From assembly GCF_001194135.2 (NCBI RefSeq), contig NC_068989.1, positions 42,359,086 through 42,412,034 on the forward strand: 52,949 nt of DNA. The letters run 5' to 3'. The notes below the pieces were generated by a model that ran no database searches, had not been told where the DNA came from, and saw only the letters and a list, made by a program, of their open reading frames with translations. Positions 49,019 through 52,949 of this stretch are shown here, piece after piece. The position numbers and the translations under genes were made by a program. Every line of letters begins with the position of its first letter. The stretch's first letter is position 1. The DNA comes from Octopus bimaculoides (taxonomy: Eukaryota).

Positions 49019-50799
49019 GCGCGCGTGTGTTTGATCTGTGATACTCCGTCACCACCGCTTGAAAAACCGGTGTTGCTATGTTTATGTCCCCGTAACATAG
49101 CAGTTTCACAAAATAGACCGATAGATAGATTAAAAAAAAAACAAGTCTAGTGTTGTTTGCTCAGAAGAAGTTTTTTTTACTCTCTAGAAATTTCTCGTTA
49201 AGATGCAGAAGCATATGTTATAGTAGTAGAAACTTTTGCCCTTTTGCTGAAAAATAAAACTCGTAAAGCTGGTTCTCGTAAAACGAGGTTTTACTGTATA
49301 TAATTTTCTACTAGCACTAAAAATCGGTCTCTTCATTGCTTAGTCTACATTTTTAGTTGAAAAATAGGAAGAAAAACCCGCACGACTATTCAGTTTTCTC
49401 AAACTCTGCATAGCACAAAAGTATCACACAATAGCCTTTACTACATGTACTATAAACGTTTGGCAACCAGCCTAACAGTAAGCTTTTATTTTCTGTAAAT
49501 AAACATAGATACATATCGAAATTTGTGATAATATACTTTATGAAATATCCGTTTATGGCTCTGTATAACCGTATAACTAATCATATTACACACTTTTGTT
49601 ATGATAACGATTTATATATATGATGCATTTAGCAAACGCAATCGTATCATATGTTTGTACTAGCAGGGGAATTTTATTTGCAAACGCATAGCCATAAAGG
49701 CGTAGCATATATCCTTCAGTCATTGAAGAAACCAATATTTGGTATCAGTTAAAACTTAAATATTTAGCGTTCGTGGGAGTGGTCGTGGATCTCTGTTCTT
49801 CTACGATGAGGATTCAGTCGTTCAATCTATTGAATTATTTTCTCCTAAAGTAATGTATATGTGGCAGCATAGACACGTGTACTATTATTATAATTCTAAG
49901 TCAGCATCAGCATGACACAATGTGTGACAAAGCTGTACCTTTGAATTATAGTTACTATACAACCGACGGGCTTCTATTCAGTTTACGTCAACCCGGTTTC
50001 AAGTACATGGAATGGTCCATTTCGATGCAATAGAAAATTACATTTGCTCAAGCTATCTCGCAGTGAGATCGAACCCGGAGTCTCGATGCTGTGAACAAAA
50101 CTTCCTTATTGTTCGGCCACATTTAAATCAACGCCTACGTAAGTCCGAGGGGAATCAAAATTTCATAGTCATTGTAATATGTACTGCAGTCATTATTTTG
50201 TCTTTCTTCTTTTTGCTTGTATAATAAAATATCCTATTAAGTTCTGCTGCGGAACTAACAACAAAGTACTTTTTGGTGTAAACACACACAAAAGTATATC
50301 GAGATGAGCAATGATGTATTTAATGAAATATGATTTTTTTTTCTCTCGTAAAGTGTCCTAAAACAGTTTATAAAACAATATTTCATAGTTCATTTCATAC
50401 ACACACACACACACACATATAAATGTACTGTATTTGAAGTTTTAGTTTTGTTTTAATTTGGTTTTAAATGTTTTTTGAACACAGTTACTCTTTGTAAAAA
50501 GCTCAGTTTGCATAACAAATGCGTTTAGCCCAGTCACATTTGATGTGTGATTTATCATCTAATTATTTATCTTCAAATCACAGTTGGCTGCCTTTGAACA
50601 GATTTAAGCTTTTGCTTTATTGACTGTGTCCAACTGTTTAATGTTCTTTCCATTAATAACAAGAGCACGCAGAGAGCGCAAACCTCTGCCAAGGCAACGA
50701 AAAGCCAGAGATTATTTTAAAGATGAGAATATCTGAAATAAACTCGACTGTTCTCATAAACGAGAATACTAAACATGAAACCGGCCACTCTCAAAAATT

Positions 50800-50907
50800 A
50801 TGTAAAAGAACAAGAAAAATAACCCAGAATCCTTATCCGGTACCGGATTGATCCCAAAATCTAATCAGTTCGTGCCAGTCACCAGGCAAAGCATCCCTGT
50901 AAGTTTA
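50800..50907 (+). mobile_element. HINE/Helitron-like repeat fragment truncated at a LINE 5' end
   Basis: cagaatccttatccggtaccggatt.atcccaaaatctaatcagttcgtgccagtcac...catccctgtaagttt then an abrupt switch to a G/T-rich LINE leader. Confidence 0.45.
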
Positions 50908-52075
50908 GCTGTGTTGGAGTGGTTTTTGTGCTTGGTTGGATTGCGTTGTTGTGTCGGGGAGGAGTTGTTAAAGTTTGTTTGTTTTTGTTGAACTATTTTT
51001 TTGAATTGTTTGTAAAGCAATTATCGTTTTCCCCCGCGCAGGGAAGCCTTCGTTATGGTTTGTGTTGAGAAGCCAGGAGAAGAGGTGCATGAGTGAGGAG
51101 GAGGTGGAAAAATTAGTCGAAAAACAACTTAGTGATTCCGACGATGAATACCCGAGATTGAGAGAGAGAATAATGCCATCTATAACGAGAAGAATTACTG
51201 AAACACCTAGTATACTAACGAAAGAAAAGGCAGAAGAAAAGAAAGAAAAGAATAAGAAGCTTGACTTCGCCGCTGTTACAGGAGCCAAATTAAAAAAATA
51301 AATCTCAATAATGTACAAATAATGTCAAGGGAGAAGCACGAAATTAACGTGGCCCCTACAAAAAGTATTATTGAAGATCTAGAAAAGAAAACGCTGATAT
51401 ACAAGACTACAAGGTGAAGGAAAAAAGAATCGACTATGTAACAGAAGCAGAAATCAAAAAATGAATAAAGCCAATATGGCATAAGCGAGAAGGAGGAGAT
51501 ATGGTGCAATGGAGGTCAGAATGGAGTTGGAAGAGGAATGTCGGATCCATTCTGTAGACCCCTTTAAAACGGACGAAGTAGTTCTTATACCCATATACGT
51601 GGGTAGAAGAACGTCCAGAATTACAGTAAACAACATTCCCTCTGAAGTGAACCCTGAGTGGCTTATCACGGCTGAAACTATGGGTCTCGAAGAAAAAAGA
51701 ACCGTGTTACATGCCGAAGTGATGGAGCCACGAAACTGGCACGGCCAATGTATAAGAATAATCATACAAGCAGAACAGACCACACTGGAAGAAATCATCG
51801 AAATCTTCGAGGTTGGTGAGACCCGACTGGCGGTGACGGTAGAGGGTCACCAACCTCGATGCTTCCAGCGTGGTAAAAAAAAGGCCACCTCAGGGTGGAC
51901 TGTAAAACCAAGGAAACAAAGAAAAAGAAGGAAGAAACCGAGAACGAACAAGTAGTGATTGAACCTGTATCGCAGAAACAACGAACACCAATGCCAGAAA
52001 AAGGAGAGGGGTGGTCTATTGTTCAGAACTAGAGGAAAATAAAGCCACCCTTCCCCGAAAAAGAAAAGATAAAGC
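50908..52075 (+). mobile_element. Tx1/L1-like LINE 5' UTR + decayed ORF1
   Basis: G/T-rich leader; MSEEEVEKL... from 51089 with frameshifts; DEVVLIPIYVGRRTSRITVNNIPSEVNPEWL...VTVEGHQPRCFQRGKK(fs)GHLRVDC is a decayed CCHC knuckle; homologous to 33776-34150. Confidence 0.8.
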
Positions 52076-52914
52076 GGAGACACGTTTAGCCTATGTATTG
52101 CTCTCGACACCCAGAGCAAATTAATACATATAATAGGTTTTCCGAAGCACATGTGAAGTTGTTTTTCACTGTAAAACGTTGACCCTGTTTGAAAGAGAAC
52201 TCCGATCCCTCAGGTTGACGCATATACCACAGTTAGGTCTTCTGCATTTTTTTACTGACGGCTTCAGTGTTGTTGTCTAGCGAACTCGGGCTGGTGTTAG
52301 GAGACTTTTCATGGATTTGGGTTGTCTTTTGCTCTTCATGATGGTGTGCGTTTGGAGGGTTAAATTCATTCTGTGGTCCCTTTTTAGTAGGGGAATGTTC
52401 TGGAGGATGGTGTCGAAGGCTTCATTGTTAAGAAGGTTGTGTGTGGAGATGTATGGCAGGGCAAGTTGAAAGCCTAATTCGATTAGTGATGGTGGGTAGT
52501 TCCTGGCAATGGGTGTATCCTTTTAATTCATGTAGTCGTGTGTCCCTAGTGCTTGCATTAGAAACTACAGTACAAATCTTTTGCTAGGCTGAAAGAGATA
52601 TTCATTCTAGTGTGTCTGGGGTGGCATGAGTTGAACGGTAGTTATTACTTAGAGTCCGTGGGCTTATAGTATATATTTGTTTCTATTTCGTTGTTAGATT
52701 TCTTAATGAGGATGTCGAGGAATGGAAGTTGTTGATGGTTATATTCCATCGTAAATTGAATGTTTACGTCAAGTCCATTTATAAATGCTTGAAATTCTTT
52801 AAGTCTCTCTATACTTTGCCAAAAAATGAAACGTTCATCCAGATACCTCTTCCAGTTATTTTCTATGTAGAGAGAGAATGGGTTGCCATATTTTTCTAGT
52901 ATCTTACGATAAAG

Positions 52915-52917
<3 letters not shown>
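52076..52917 (-). mobile_element. Penelope-like element remnant: RT C-half, linker and GIY-YIG N-half
   Basis: WKRYLDERFIFW; QLPFLDI; IYYKPTD; HPRH; SKRQPKSMKSLL; PSVKKCRRPNCGICVNL(fs)GSEFSFKQGQRFTVKNNFTCASENLLYVLICSGCREQYIG*T. Confidence 0.9.

Positions 52918-52949
<32 letters not shown>

Overview
Eukaryotic, AT-rich, repeat-dominated window from a gapped draft assembly. It has 12 N-runs (about 5.5 kb), almost all bordered by simple repeats. The SINE families and microsatellite load suggest a cephalopod, most likely Octopus; this is recognition from memory, not a search. No intact host gene, rRNA, true tRNA or CRISPR array is supportable. Nearly all supplied ORFs are microsatellite or N artefacts, or pieces of transposable elements. 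The window holds more than 20 tRNA-derived SINE copies or fragments from several modular families. Non-LTR retrotransposon remnants include R4/Dong-like restriction-like-endonuclease 3' ends, RTE, CR1/L2-group and Tx1/L1-like ORF1 and ORF2. There are also three Penelope-like element (PLE) remnants, pogo/Tigger-type MITEs, a Charlie-like hAT deletion derivative and decayed Tc1/mariner pieces. The most notable observation is at 35149-35618: a non-coding 350-bp unit present 1.34 times that carries a minimal type I hammerhead ribozyme motif with a palindromic helix III (ACTAGT) and several strong hairpins. This is the architecture of a metazoan retrozyme-like, circular-RNA-derived retroelement, and PLE reverse transcriptase remnants lie nearby as plausible mobilisers.
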